DNA from: Chiloscyllium plagiosum | Taxonomy: Eukaryota | Assembly (NCBI RefSeq): GCF_004010195.1 | Contig: NC_057720.1 | Coordinates: 18,483,615 to 18,533,088, forward strand | Length of the DNA stretch: 49,474 nt | Reading direction: 5' to 3' | Shown: positions 1 through 13,000 of the stretch, piece after piece | Position numbering within the stretch: the stretch's first letter is position 1 | How the letters are laid out: each line of letters opens with the position of its first letter | Made by a program: the position numbers and the translations under genes | The notes under the pieces: model-generated | What the model was told of the DNA's origin: nothing | The model's input: only the letters and a program-made list of their open reading frames with translations | Database searches by the model: none

Positions 1-782
1 CCAAACTCTCAAATGAAGCTCAATTACATTTAATTAACTAAGTAATGGATGGTAAACAAAGCAAAAAGTGAACCACTTATAATCAAATTATTATATATAA
101 AATGGCCTGAAAGCATTTGCATTGTACTACAGATCATAAAATGTCCAATAAATAAAGTTGTAGATTATTCATATTGTATTGCTCCTTTTGTTTTTTTGAC
201 ACTAACTACTTGCTCCCCAGATATTTACCACTGACTTATTATGTACGTAGTGATGTAACAATTCTTTCTCTTGGCCTACTCATGAGTTCAGGAAACTGAG
301 TCTCACAAAAGTAAGAGATGACCACAAGGAGGAAAGAGTGAAAAGCATCAATTGCAATGCCAAAAATATGAATTAAAATGATGGGAATCAGTTTAGTTCT
401 CAATTGAAGGGAGATTCACAATTGCTGTAAATGTATTTCAAGCTGATCACCCAAAGAATTTTTATGTCTGAGTTGAGTGGAACTAAGTTAAATGATCAAA
501 CTTACCTTTCCTTATGTTTGGGGATGGACTCCTATTTGTGAGCAATGTCAAGTGCATAATACAAAACTTAGGTTTGTGGTTTTCCCTGAACTATTGTTGC
601 TTCTGCTGAACAGGAACTAAGCAACTACAATTCCAAGTACCTTTGAGCATGATTCAAGATGTGCTAGAATCATGGGTTTGTGCCTGACAGTTGTTGCTCT
701 CCTCTCTTAATTTCCTTTGCTTGTATATAATCCAGCAGATGATATTGCATTGTAACCTGTATTACATGCGTTATCTGAATTG

Positions 783-1615
783 AACCAGAATTGCATGCAA
801 TATTCCAACAGTGGCCTTACCAATGTCCCGTACAGCTGCAACATGACCTCCCAACTCCTGTACTCAATACTCTGACCAATAAAGGAAAGCATACCAAACA
901 CCTTCTTCACTATCCTATCTACCTGTGACTCCACTTTCAAGGAGCTATGAACCTGCACTCCAAGGTCTCTTTGTTCAGCAACGCTCCCTAGGACCTTACC
1001 ATTAAGTGTATACGTCCTGCTAAGATTTGCTTTCCCAAAATGCAGCACCTCGCATTTATCTGAATTAACCTCCACCTGCCACCTCTCCGTCCATTGACCC
1101 ATCTGGTCCAGATCCTGTTGTATTCTGAGGTAACCCTCTTCGCTGCCCCCTACACCTCCAATTTTGGTGTCACCTGCAACCTTACTAACTGTACCTCTTA
1201 TGCTTGCATCCAAATCATTTATTTAAATGACAAAAAGTAGAGGACCCAGCACCGATCCTTGTGGCACTCCACTGGTCACAGGCCTCCAGTCTGAAAAACA
1301 ACCCTCCACCACCACCCTCTGCTTTCTATCTTTGAGCCAGTTCTGTATCCGAATGGCTAGTTCTCCCTGTATTCCGTGAGATCTAACCTTGCTAATCAGT
1401 CTCCCATGGGGAACCTTGTCGAGCGCTTTGCTGAAGTCCACATAGATCACATCTACCGCTCTGTCCTCATCAGTCCTCTTTGTTACTTCCTCAAAAAGCT
1501 CAGTCAAGTTTGTGAGACATGATTTCCCATGCGTAAAACCATGTTGACTATCCCTAATCAGTCCTTGCCTTTCCAAATACATGTACATCGTGTCCCTCCG
1601 GGTTCCCTCCAACAA
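783..1615 (-). mobile_element. CR1 (HER1-like) LINE, reverse transcriptase fragment
   Basis: ORFs contain QHGF..GKSCLTNL, DFSKALDKVPH, GVPQGSVLGPLLF, a degenerate ADDTK and RDLGVQV. Confidence 0.93.
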
Positions 1616-2488
1616 CGGGTGATTTCGTTGGAGGGGTGGGGTCTGAGGGTGGAGGTGCGGGATGTGGACGAGACTCCCTCAGACCCTACCCCTCCAACCA
1701 TAACAAGGACAGAACGCATCAGCTTCCACCCTACCAACCTTTGCATAAACGAAATCATCTGCCGACATTTCCGCCACCTCCAAAAAGACCCCACCACCAG
1801 GGATATATTTCCCCCCCCCACCCCTTTCTGCCTTCCGCAAAGACCGTTCCCTCCGTGACTACCTGGTCAGGTCCACGCCCCCCTACAACCCACCCTCCCA
1901 TCCTGGCACCTTCCCCTGCCACCGCAGGAACTGTAAATCCTACACCTCCTCCCTCACCTCTATCCAAGGCCCTAAAGGAGCCTTCCACATCCATCAAAGT
2001 TTTANNNNNNNNNNNNNNNNNNNNNNNNNNNNNNNNNNNNNNNNNNNNNNNNNNNNNNNNNNNNNNNNNNNNNNNNNNNNNNNNNNNNNNNNNNNNNNNN
2101 NNNNNNNNNNNNNNNNNNNNNNNNNNNNNNNNNNNNNNNNNNNNNNNNNNNNNNNNNNNNNNNNNNNNNNNNNNNNNNNNNNNNNNNNNNNNNNNNNNNN
2201 NNNNNNNNNNNNNNCTTCTCCGGACTTGTCCTACCTGCCAATCTCCTTTTCCACCTATCCACTCCACCCTCTCCTCCCTGACCAATCACCTTCATCACCT
2301 CCCCCACTCACCTATTGTACTCTCTGCTACTTTCTCCCCACCCCCACTCCCCTCTAGCTTATCTCTCCACGCTTCAGGCTCTCTGCCTTTATTCCTGTTG
2401 AAGGGCTTTTGCCCGAAACGTCGATTTCGCTGCTCCTTGGATGCTGCCTGAACTGCTGTGCTCTTCCAGCACCACTAATCCAGAATCT
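1616..2488 (+). mobile_element. Penelope-like element fragment with a short inverted 5' segment and a degenerate hammerhead near its 3' end; contains gap 2005-2214
   Basis: FHPTNL..IICRHFRHLQKDPTTRDIFP is shared with the 27250-28238 copy; CTGTTGA-AGGGCTTTTGCCC-GAAACGTC at 2395-2422. Confidence 0.85.
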
Positions 2489-3439
2489 GTGCATAATAAA
2501 CCATGTTCCTCCATATTTGGTATTTGAAACAATGTTGTGCTTGAGTTTCTCATGGTCTAATAAAGCAACACTGGTCAAGGTGGTATAGGTATTGGGTGCA
2601 GGAAAATTGGATTATGTGGATGCTGGAGAGAAGGAGAGAAAAGAATTCAACAAAGGTTGCCATGTCATGTCCACACGTATGTTTTAGTAAGCACACCAGC
2701 TAACAATCAGTAATGATAGAATCATTGTCAGTGCCTTCATGTCTCTTATTGAGAGTGACAAGCTAATTTTAGTGCCCAAATTCTGTCTTATCTAGCCAAT
2801 ACTATTTTGAAGTTTTAAAAAAAAATTATTATAAAAGAAAAATTTCTGAACTATTTGGTTTGAATAGTGAATATGAAGGGGGAGCTTTAATCTTTGTACA
2901 AGTTATGTGCTTCATACAGGAAGCACAGTCTAAATTCAGCTTACCTGAAAATCCATATATTTTGGCGTCAACATTACACTTTTTGTGTTGATCAGTAATT
3001 AGCAAATCAATTTGCATTTATTTAAACTTGCCAGTTATCAAGAATAGAATGTAGTCAGAGTAGGAAGAAGTATTGGGCTAATGAAACTGTTTAAATGATG
3101 ACATTAAACTATAAAAAGTCTTGTTTAGGAAGTTCAGCTGGGTCCAATTGTCTTATTGCAAAACAACTAAAGTTATTGTAGTTTAAAATCCTTGAGGTGA
3201 TCTTGATGGGAATGTTGGGAATTTGTCATGTCTTGAGCCATTCTTAAATCCCTGCAGCCAATATCATCATCATGCTGTTGGATAGGAAGTTCTTGCAATC
3301 AGGAACAATAGTACAGCCATAAACTGGTTAAATGCTGAACAAAAGTGCGGTTGTGGGGGGTATAATACTTTTTGGTCCATGTTGCATTACTACATTTGAG
3401 TTACCAATTTTAATCATGTAAGTGAAGTACATTGTTATA

Positions 3440-6400
3440 TAAACACTTAATACTTAATCCTACCTTTTTGTGGCAATTGAGAGTGCTAATGGTAACCTTG
3501 ATATTATTGAGTCCAAAGAAGACTTTGGCTCAACCCTCGACACGATTCTTATCAACTTCCCTAAAGAATATCAATATTATTGTCCTTGGGAACTCCAGTG
3601 CCAGAGTTGGCAACTCTGGAAAGGGACTGTCAGAAAGAGAAGAGTTAGGAATTGCAACTCCAGTAGAGCTGTCATGCTTTCCAATGTGTGGAACACCAGC
3701 TGGTGTTCTGCCAAAAAGACAAGTTGATGATCTCTTGAAAGCATCCACAATCAAAGCACTAGTTTTGATTGATGTCATTGTTTAACTCCAAGACCAAAAG
3801 CAATTACCAATAGCTCCTCTGTGACTATCAAATCCCACCAGAAGCAGCTGATGGTGAAACTGTTCAGAAAAGAAGTTAAATATTGAGCAGCTTCAATAGC
3901 AAAACAAGCTGCAGGTGAATTTCCAACACATTCATCATCAACATCTCTAAAACGTTCATTTTAATGAAGTAAAGGAAATCTAACAAGAACTGAAGACAGG
4001 CATCATTTCATGCAACGAAGAAATCATTGATTACAAGACCCAGAAGCACCAAGGACTTGGTCAGTGAGAAGACTGCACCATCCAAGGCATCCTTAATAAG
4101 CGGAACGTTCTTTGCCTGGTAAAATGACATCACCAGCAAGGCAAAGAGGAGAACTCATCAAATAGCAAAGGTGGAGTTACCAAGAAGAACTGGGGAATCG
4201 AGAATCAATGGTGGATTGAGAAAGTTGAGGAACTGCAACTCCTTCTCGACAAGCAGGACAACTGGGGCTGCGTCAGGGCCACCAAGGCAATATATGCACC
4301 TACTTCCTTGGTCTCACATCGGCGCAGTCTCTCCCTTCTGAGAGACTGAAAAGACTAGCCTTCTGTTTAGAGAGCACTTCAAAGAATTCCTAACTGCAAT
4401 GCAATTATTGATGAGAAAGTCATTGAAGAAGCATCACCCCACCTCCCATATCACCCATCAAAGATGATCTTAGACTGCCACCTAGTTTGGAAGAATTTGA
4501 AGCCCACATTAAACCATGAATTGAAAAGCTGCCGAAGTGGATATAATTCTAACAGCGATTTTCAAACTTGGAGGAGAAGGCATTACACATCATCTCCATC
4601 AACAATTCCTGAAAACCTGGGAAAGAGGAGAAATCTCTGCCGATCTCAGGGATGCTACCATCACCCTGATCTTATAGAAGTGTCTGTCCAGAGAAATCCA
4701 CCAAGTCCTGTCTCTCCTCCATGACAGACTGTTGGTGACAGTCGTCACCACTGGTATTATGACACGATCCTTTTGAGGTCAAGATGAGTCAACCAGGGAT
4801 ATGTCATGACTCCCATTTTGTTCACCACCATCCTCCCTGTGCAGAACAACTGTCCATATGCTGGGAAATTGTCTGCAGAATGGATGGAGAACTTTCCAAC
4901 CTCAAATTGTTGAAATCTAAGAAAAAATCAACACTGACACTGTTCATGGAATATCTGTACAGAGGAACCTCGATCATCTGAATGAGATGGGTGCACATTA
5001 TTTCGTTTGGATAATTGGTTATTCGGTTAATTGATTTTCTCTGGGGCTCTGAGTTTTCTGTGAAGTCTGCTCCCTGTTCAGACTAGGCTAAAGCACACCG
5101 CGCGTGCCCCGTCCCCAACCACGTCTGCTGCTGCCTGCCCCTTGCCCCCCCAAACCCTGCCTGCCTGCCCCCTCCACCCCCACCCACCGTCCGTGCCCTG
5201 GCTGACCCCTTCCAATAGCAGCCGGACTGTACACCAACATTAAGACTATTGCTGCCTTTGTAGGCTAAGTCTCCAAATAGAACCCCCACATCCCGCACTC
5301 CACGCACACTTACCTTTTTACTGCAACGTTTTGACAAGTTCCATATTTGCCCTTACAGGACAATGTTGGAGAGAGTATCTGGGAAGGAGGGTTTAGGGTA
5401 CACGCTTGTGTAGAACTCCAAGGAAAGTGTAGGGGGAGAGAGGGCAGAAGGTCAGTCATTTGGAGACTGTGCCTGGACTGTTCTCGGCAGCATCTCAGTG
5501 AGCCGAGTTCGTTTTTAATCATTGTACCTGCAAACAAAAAAACACGATCAGGGTTGAAACAGCTCTTTGACATTATATTTCTATCGGGATCTCGATCTCC
5601 TTCAGATAATCTGATATTTGGATAATCGATATTCGGATAATTGAGGTTCCTCTTTGTATGGATGACCGTCATCTCCATTCTTTCTGAACAGAATCTTCCA
5701 GCCTTGCTTAATTGGAAGTTTACCAAAGAGTAGGTCTCAGCCTTATCCCCAAGAAGACTCAAGTCCTTTATCAATCCATCCCAAGGCAAGTTCTTGTCTC
5801 TCTCCATTACTCGAGAAATCCTCCCACATGGGGAACATTTTCCCGACTTGGGAAGCCACTGTTCATCTAAGGGTGACAAAATCTGGAGACCCAACACTGC
5901 ATCAAATCTGCAAGCCCCACATTTGGTTGTTGAAGGATGAGAATCTTTACCAACTGTGACGTCAGTGCTGATACCAAGATCTTTGGGTCTTGGCCAGTTG
6001 TTCTTCCGAAACTGGAACTACACACAGTCTCATCTTATGTCCCTGGAGAAGTAACATCAATGTTGTTTGAGTTGGTTTCTCCATAGCTCAGATGACAGTC
6101 ATACTAACATTGGGGTCCTTGATAAAGTCAATAGTAGCAGCGTCAAGGCCGTGATCATCTAAAAATAACTCTGCTGGCTCAGCAACGTGCTTAGAATGCC
6201 TGAGTTCCAAATGCTAATGCAGATCTTCTTTGCCGAGCTCAAGGATGTCACTTGAACGAAAGGGCGACCAAAGACTACCGAAAAGCTTCACTCAAGAAAA
6301 GCAATATAAACATAAATGGCTTGAAGGCTCAAAGGAAACTGACTTGGAAGGAATTCCTATGAAAAGAACAGGAATTCTTTCAGAATCCCTGTTAGCAAGA

Positions 6401-6560
6401 GGAAGCATGGAAAAGGCACCTGAGAAAAGAGTGCCAGTGATCTTGAGGCCGAGGACCAAATCAACCTCCTGGAAACACCAAACAAATGGGTGGTTGGAGA
6501 TGTGGCACTGGGTTTGGGCTCATCAGCTGTCCAAGGATCCACAGAAGCTGGATTAGTGAG
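3440..6560 (+). mobile_element. Old, decayed RTE-clade LINE (APE endonuclease plus RT), interrupted by a MITE
   Basis: Fragments resembling KEEFY..LD..L, LGDFNARVG, LRDATI, CRMDGELSNL..LKSKKK and the LY(A)DD motif; many frameshifts. Confidence 0.75.
4960..5656. mobile_element. Non-autonomous Tc1/mariner-pogo (Tigger-like) DNA transposon
   Basis: Inverted ends CAGAGGAACCTCGATCATCTGAA and TTCGGATAATTGAGGTTCCTCTTTG, flanked by TA at 4958-4959 and 5657-5658. Confidence 0.85.
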
Positions 6561-7699
6561 ACATTACCTAGATTTTCTTAACAAGTGGTTGCCAACAATG
6601 ACTTAATCATAGGAAGGAGAGACAAAAGCACTAGCAGAACTATCATGGTGACTCTTGTGTGTTTTCTTCTTCCACTGTCCCTGACAGTGGGTGGGTCAGC
6701 ATGAGATGCTTTTCGGAAGAGCAATGCAGACTTGACGACCTGAATGGCCTCTACCTGCCTTCTAGGGATTCTATGATTCTCTTCTGTTCTAATTGGATAA
6801 ACCTATCTGTTATTCTCTATGATAGTGGACTTTTATTCACTTGTGGAGCGTTGGCGTTGTAGCCTAGCTGTCGTCCTGCTCCCCCGTCCCAGTCTAAGCA
6901 AAACGCTCAGACACAGTATAGGATTATCTCCTTCATCTTTATTCTAGGCCCTGGAGGGAGAGATAATGATCGCCCACGTACACAGAAACATGAGTTCATG
7001 ATCTTCTCTGGAACAGCAGTTCCTCAATGAACTTTATAGTTATTTGACAGGGAGGAGCATCCAGATAAGGCAACATACGTATTAATTGGGTGACCGTTAT
7101 AATCAACGAGTATCAGTAGCAGAGACCAAGCCCTTTACTGTTATACAATGAATGTTCTTAACCTCGTTAACTGGATTCATACAATGGATACTTTTCAGCT
7201 TGTTAACCCATTACCCTTGCCTCCAGCAGCCCATTGTTTACTGTAAGTTGTTATCTGATCTGAGTCATACTCAGCTGCACTTGTTTCACAAAAATCAGAA
7301 CTTGATGCTTTTCTTGCCTGCTTATACCCTATACACATTCTCACAGCCAACATTTGCTGACCCCTAGTTGCTGTGAGAGGTAGGTGGCGAGCTGCCTTGA
7401 ATCTCTGCAGTCCATGTACTCTAGGTGTACCCAGTGTTGTTAAGGAGGGAATTTGAGGATTTCGACCTCAAATTCAGTGAATGAACAGTGGTATATTTCC
7501 AAGTCGGAACGGTGAGTCGCTTGGTGGGGAACTTGCAGGTGGTGATGGTTTTGATAACTAACGAGCACCTCCTGAAGCAGGTTATTCCCTTTTGAAGTTT
7601 GGGATTCTTGTAATTCTGACCTGATGGTTGTAAGAGAAAAAGCCTCGATAACATGTCTCTTTTTAACAAAACTCAAGCTCTGTGTTACCAAGCAACTAG

Positions 7700-7965
7700 A
7701 TCATAGAATCATCGTCTCCCTACAGTATAGCAGCAGACCATTTAGCCTGTGTCCTGACCCTCCAAAGAGCATCCCATCCAGACTCATCCTGCTGTCCTAT
7801 CCCTACACCCCTACATTTCTGATGGCCAATCTATCTAACCCCCACCTCTTTGGACTGTGTGAAGAACTGGAACACCCTGAGGAAAGGGAGAATGTCCGTG
7901 TGGAGTTTGCACAGTCGCCTGGGGCTGGAATCAAACTGTCATCCCTGGCGCTGAGAGGCAAATGT
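7700..7965 (-). mobile_element. HE1-like tRNA-derived SINE, diverged
   Basis: Reverse-complement similarity to the 9562 copy (ctttggactgtg, cacagtcgcctg). Confidence 0.7.
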
Positions 7966-7994
7966 TTTCAGTAAGTTACTGATGGCAAAAGGTA

Positions 7995-9435
7995 GAGTCA
8001 TAGAGATATACAGCATGGAAACAGATATTTTGATCCAACTTGTCCATGCTGACCAGGTATCCTTTTTAAATTAGTCCCATTTGCCAGCATTTGACCCATA
8101 TTCTTCTTGAATCGTTCCTATTCATATACACATCCAGATGCATTTAAATGTTGTAATTGTAACAGCCTCCTCCAATTCTTCTGGCAGCACATTCAATACA
8201 AGCACCACCCTCTGTGTGGAAAAAGTTGCCCCTTGGGTCCCTTTTTAAATATTTCTCCTCTCACCTTAAGCCCTCTGCTTTTGGGGAAGGCAATGGTATT
8301 ATTGTTAGACTACTAATCTAGGGACCCAGGTTCAAATCTCGCCACGAAGATGGTGGAATTTGAATTCAATAAAAATCTGGAATTAAAAGTCTGGTGATGA
8401 CTGTGAATCCATTGTTGATTGTCAGGAAAAAAACCCACATCTGGTTCACTAATAACGTTTCGGTAAGGAAACTGTTGTCCTTACTCAGTGTGGTCTACAT
8501 GTGACTCCAAATGGTTGACTCTTAGCTGCTGTCTGGGCAATTAGGGATGGGCAATAAATGCTGTCCTGGCCAGAGATGCTGTCATCTTGTGAGTGAATGA
8601 ATAAAATAAATAAAAATCCCTCACCCTGGGGAAAAGGCCATGTCTATTTACCCTAGCCATGCACCTCATATTTTATAAATCTCAATAAGGTCACCCCTCA
8701 GCCTCTGAAGCTCCAGGGGAAATAGTGCCAACCTATTCAGCCACTCCCTGTAGCTCAAATCCTCCAACCCTGGCAACATCCTTGTAAATCTTTTCTGAAC
8801 CCTTTCACAACGTCCTTCCTATAGGAGGGAGATCAGAAGTGTATGCAGTACTCCAAAAGTAGCCGAAACAATGAACTGTTCAACTGCAACATGATCTCCC
8901 AATTCCTATGGTCAATGTGTTGATCAGTAAAGGCAAGCATACCAAATGCCGCCTTCACTATCCTATCTACCTGAGATTCCACTTTCAAGGAACTGTGAAC
9001 CTGCACTCCAAGGTCTCTATTCAGCAACACTTCCCAGGATCTTACCATTGTGTGTAGAAGTCCTACCCTGACTTGCCTTTCCAAAATGCAGCACCTTGCA
9101 TTTATCTGAATTAAACTCCATCTGCCACTCCTTGCCTCAATGGCCCATCTGATCAAGTTCCTGTTGTACTCTGATAATCTTCGCTGTCCATTATACCTTC
9201 AATTTTGGTGTTATCTACAAACTTACTAACTATACCTCCTATGTTCAATTCAAATCATTTACATAAATGAGAAAAAGCAGTTCACCCAGCACTGATCCTT
9301 GTGGCACACGATTGCTCACAGGCCTCTAGTCTGAAAGGCAACTCTCCACCACCACCTCCTGTCTTCTACCTTTGACCCAGTTCTGTATCCAAATGGCTAG
9401 TTCTCCCTGTATTCTGTGCATCTAATCTTGTGAAC
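7995..9435 (-). mobile_element. CR1 LINE 3' portion, interrupted by a SINE at about 8290-8613
   Basis: RDLGVQVHSSLKVESQVDRIVK; 3' UTR ending in (gagtcata) repeats. Confidence 0.9.
8290..8613 (+). mobile_element. tRNA-headed SINE, second family
   Basis: B-box-like GGTTCAAATC; body shared with 12849-13157; A-rich tail. Confidence 0.75.
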
Positions 9436-9561
9436 CAAATATTCAAATTTGGTTTTTACTTCTAATTTAATTTGATTGTGTCAGCGTCCAATCATTTGAG
9501 GGCTCAAATCACAAAAGACAGTTGAAGTAGATTTACTATAAAAATTTTTAAAAGTAAAATT

Positions 9562-9875
9562 GGCAGCACGGTGGCACAGTGGTTAGCACTGCTGCCTCAC
9601 AGAGCCAGAGACCCGGGTTCAATTCTTCCCTCAGGCAACTGTCTGTGTGGAGTTTGCACATTCTCCCCGCATCCGCATGGTTTTCCTCCGGGTGTTCCGG
9701 TTTCCTCCCACAGTCCAAAAATGTGCAGGTTAGGTGAATTGGCCATGCAAAATTACCCATAGTGTTGGGTGAAGGGGTAAATGTAGGGGAATGGGTCTGG
9801 GTGGGTTGCTCTTCGGAGGGTCGGTTTGGACTTGTTGGGCCAAAGGGCCTGTTTCCACACTAATCTAATTTAATC
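9562..9875 (+). mobile_element. HE1-like tRNA-derived SINE
   Basis: A box TGGCACAGTGG, B box GGTTCAATTC, CR1-like tail ending in (taatc)n. Confidence 0.9.
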
Positions 9876-9939
9876 TTGACACTGAACATAGTGCTTGCAA
9901 TATGTGCTCAAGAAATATGTTTTGTGCATTTAACCCCAG

Positions 9940-10035
9940 GAGCTAGTGGAAGTGGAGAGATGGTTTGCACAATATGCCAAGAGGAATACTCTGAAGTACC
10001 CAATGAAATGGTTATTTGTGACAAATGTGGACAAG
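9940..10035 (+). CDS. MTF2: MTF2 exon, PHD1 first half ([31 protein letters not shown])
   Basis: ccccag| acceptor, G|gtaaat donor, 96 nt. Confidence 0.97.
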
Positions 10036-13000
10036 GTAAATTAAAATTTGAAAATAACCTTTGATATATTTTCATGAACGTTTAAACAATGAGGTATTAC
10101 ACTGCTATTTTTATCAATAGGTTATCATCAAAAATGTCACATGCCTAACATAGATTCCAGTGTGATTGCATCAGATGCCAAGTGGCTGTGTCGCCAATGT
10201 GTCTTTGCTACTACGACAAAGGTACGGTATGATGATGAGAATCGTATTTCTTTTCTGACAAACGATAAAATGGAATCAGTGAAGTAAATTACAATAAATC
10301 CCCAAGTACTAGGAACTGGTGTAGAGAAATAGATTTTGAAAGGATAAAAAGCGCAAATGTTTTGTTTACAATAAAACATAATAAATACTACCAGAAGTAG
10401 TACATTCAGCCCCGGAGCCTGCTCGACCATTGACTAAGATCATAGTTGATTTATCTTTTGAATATCACATCTCTATCTATTCCTGTTAACTTTTGACTCC
10501 CCTGCCTCGTAAGAATCAGTCTAACTCCAATTTAAAAATATTTAAGAACCCTGCTTCCACTGCTTTCTGAGGCAGACTGTTCCAAAATTGCACAATGCTT
10601 TTGAGAAAAGAATTCTTATCTTGGTGCTGAAAAGCAACTCCCAATTTTAAGTGTCCCCTAGTTCTGCACTTAACCACAAGAAGAAACATCCTTTTCACGT
10701 CTGCACGCTCAAGAGCATTCAGGATCTTTTAAACTTCAATCACTTTGTTCTTCCCCTTACAAGGACCAGTGAAATTAAGCCCAATCTGTCAATTTTATCT
10801 TCATAAGAGAGGTCACTCAATTCAGACATAATCTAGTAACTCTTTTGATCCACCTTCAATACATTGACATCTTAGTTTAGATAAGGGGAGACCAAAACTT
10901 TGTGCAGTATTTGAGATGTCGTCTCGCTAGCTGTGTAACTAAAGCACAATATCCTTGCCTTTCTGTTCAATTATTTGTAATAAAGGATAACATTCCAAGA
11001 GTTGCTTTTGGTGCTGTAACTGTGTACTGTTATATTGTGACTCATGGACTGAAACATGTAGGTCTTCTTAGGTAGTCAGTTATATAAATGAAAAATTTTG
11101 CAGCTACAGATTTTGTTTTACATTGTAGAGGGGTGGCGCTCTTAAGAAGGGACCGAATGCTAAAGCTCTGCAAGTCATGAAGCAGACGTTGCCATACCAG
11201 TTGGAGGACCTTCAGTGGGATGTAGGCCACAAAACAAATCATGAACAGTGTTACTGTTACTGTGGAGGCCCTGGAGAGTAAGTAAAATATATTGTGATTC
11301 AGATATTGCTTAATTAGGCTTTGTGGTAATTGGAGAAAATTGTAAAAGTGTCTTTTGACTGCCTTGTATGAAGGATAGCCTTTGAGTGGAAACAAGAATG
11401 ATTACTAGTTAAAATATTTGCTGCAAGATGCTGTACATTAGTAAAAGACATTTTTATACTACAATGGTGACTACTTCAGAAATAATCCATTCACTATAGC
11501 ATTCTTTAAGCTGCCTGGTGGTTGTAGGAAGGGCTACATAAATTCCACCTTTCTTCCTTTGTCTAAGAATCCATTGTAATTGATAGGATCTGACCATTAA
11601 TAGTATTGAGTTTCATTTCAGGGTCAGAATCAAACTCTGCCATTCATTTCACAAGGGAATGGCTGTAAATGTTATCACTTGGTGTCCTGTTCACACACAT
11701 TTACCTATGCTGAGGCAAATGTTCTTAATTGCCTTACAGCATCCTGTTATCACTTGGTGAGCCCAGATGTCCCTATCTTCTGCATTCCTTGAGTTCCCCC
11801 CCTTTTCTGAGCCTTCCTGCCTGTCTATTTTCTAGTGCAGTAAATGTGTTCTATAATTGACATTTTAGTCTAAATATTTAAAGACAAGTTTTAAGGCTAT
11901 AGACTTTCTTAATAAGATACCAAAAATATGCCCACAATAGTCTTCAAGTACTGCCTGGTGATTTTGCCTTTCATTCTGAGATGACAGGCTAAATGTTTTC
12001 TTAATATATAGCAATCAGCGCTAGAAAGACACCAATCTCAACAGTGCAGATTGATCTGTCAGCCTTGTCATGTGCTAGAGTTCAGTTTGAGCTGAATGAA
12101 GGCTGAAAATCCACTTTCTTTTAAAGCATTAGATTGTGGCTGTACCTGAAGCCAAGTGGGAAGAGCCTCCTCCATCATCTGTCCTTCCAGATTTAATTAG
12201 TAAGGAAGGCTGGCTGATTCTTCAATGTCCAGGATCTCCATAAACCTGCCACTCCCAAGTATCATGTTATCAATGTAGTAACCAATTATATCTAAACTTC
12301 ATAGAACTTCTTGAATTAGCAAATAGTTCATTTATGGGAACTATCCAATGATTTGCTGGATGTGTGCATTGGGAAAACTGTGAAAGGAATTAAAATTATA
12401 TAAGGATAATAGGTTCAAATCCATAGAATGCTCAAATCGCTTTATAAATGCAGTATATTTGCATTTGCAGTGAAGCTGAATACCTACTTAATCTTATGAG
12501 ATAGGATACACTTTTTTCAGCTTTGTAGATCTGTTTGCTTTTGTGGTGTCAGTGTGGTAATGGGATGCCTCCCTACATTGAGTGAATGCAATAAATTGCA
12601 TTTTTTTCCAGCTCTCAGAACATCCCCTCAATTAATAACTGAGTGGAGTTGTGCATGAAACTTGTGCAATTATTAACCTAAAAATGTGTTGCTGGAAAAG
12701 CACAGCAAGTCAGGCCAAAGGGCTTATACCCGAAACTTCGATTCTCCTGCTCCTTTGATGCTGCCTGACCTGCGCTTTTCCAACAACACATTTTTAAGCT
12801 CTGATCTCCGGCATCTGTAGTCCTCACTTTCTCCCAATTATTAACCTAGAGATCCAGGTAATGTTCTGGGGACCTGGGTTCAAATCCAGTCATGGCAGAT
12901 GATGGAATTTGAATTCAAAATTCAAAAAATCTGGAATTAAGAGTCTACTGATGACCACAAGTCCATTGTCAATTGCCGGGAAAACCCGTCTGGTTCACTA

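Noticed and set aside
7615..7660. CTGATGG...CGATAAC, a possible further hammerhead
   Set aside because: Both core halves deviate and stem II does not pair convincingly.
9562..9635. tRNA-like A and B boxes
   Set aside because: SINE heads, not tRNA genes; they continue into the SINE body.
1..9939. Upstream MTF2 Tudor-domain exons
   Set aside because: No WSDGLFYLG or SWVLWKDIQ-like coding segment found by eye; presumably outside the window.
10229..10260. ATGATGA...CTGA, like a C/D snoRNA (also about 16843-16892)
   Set aside because: Too short, with no terminal stem or recognisable guide.
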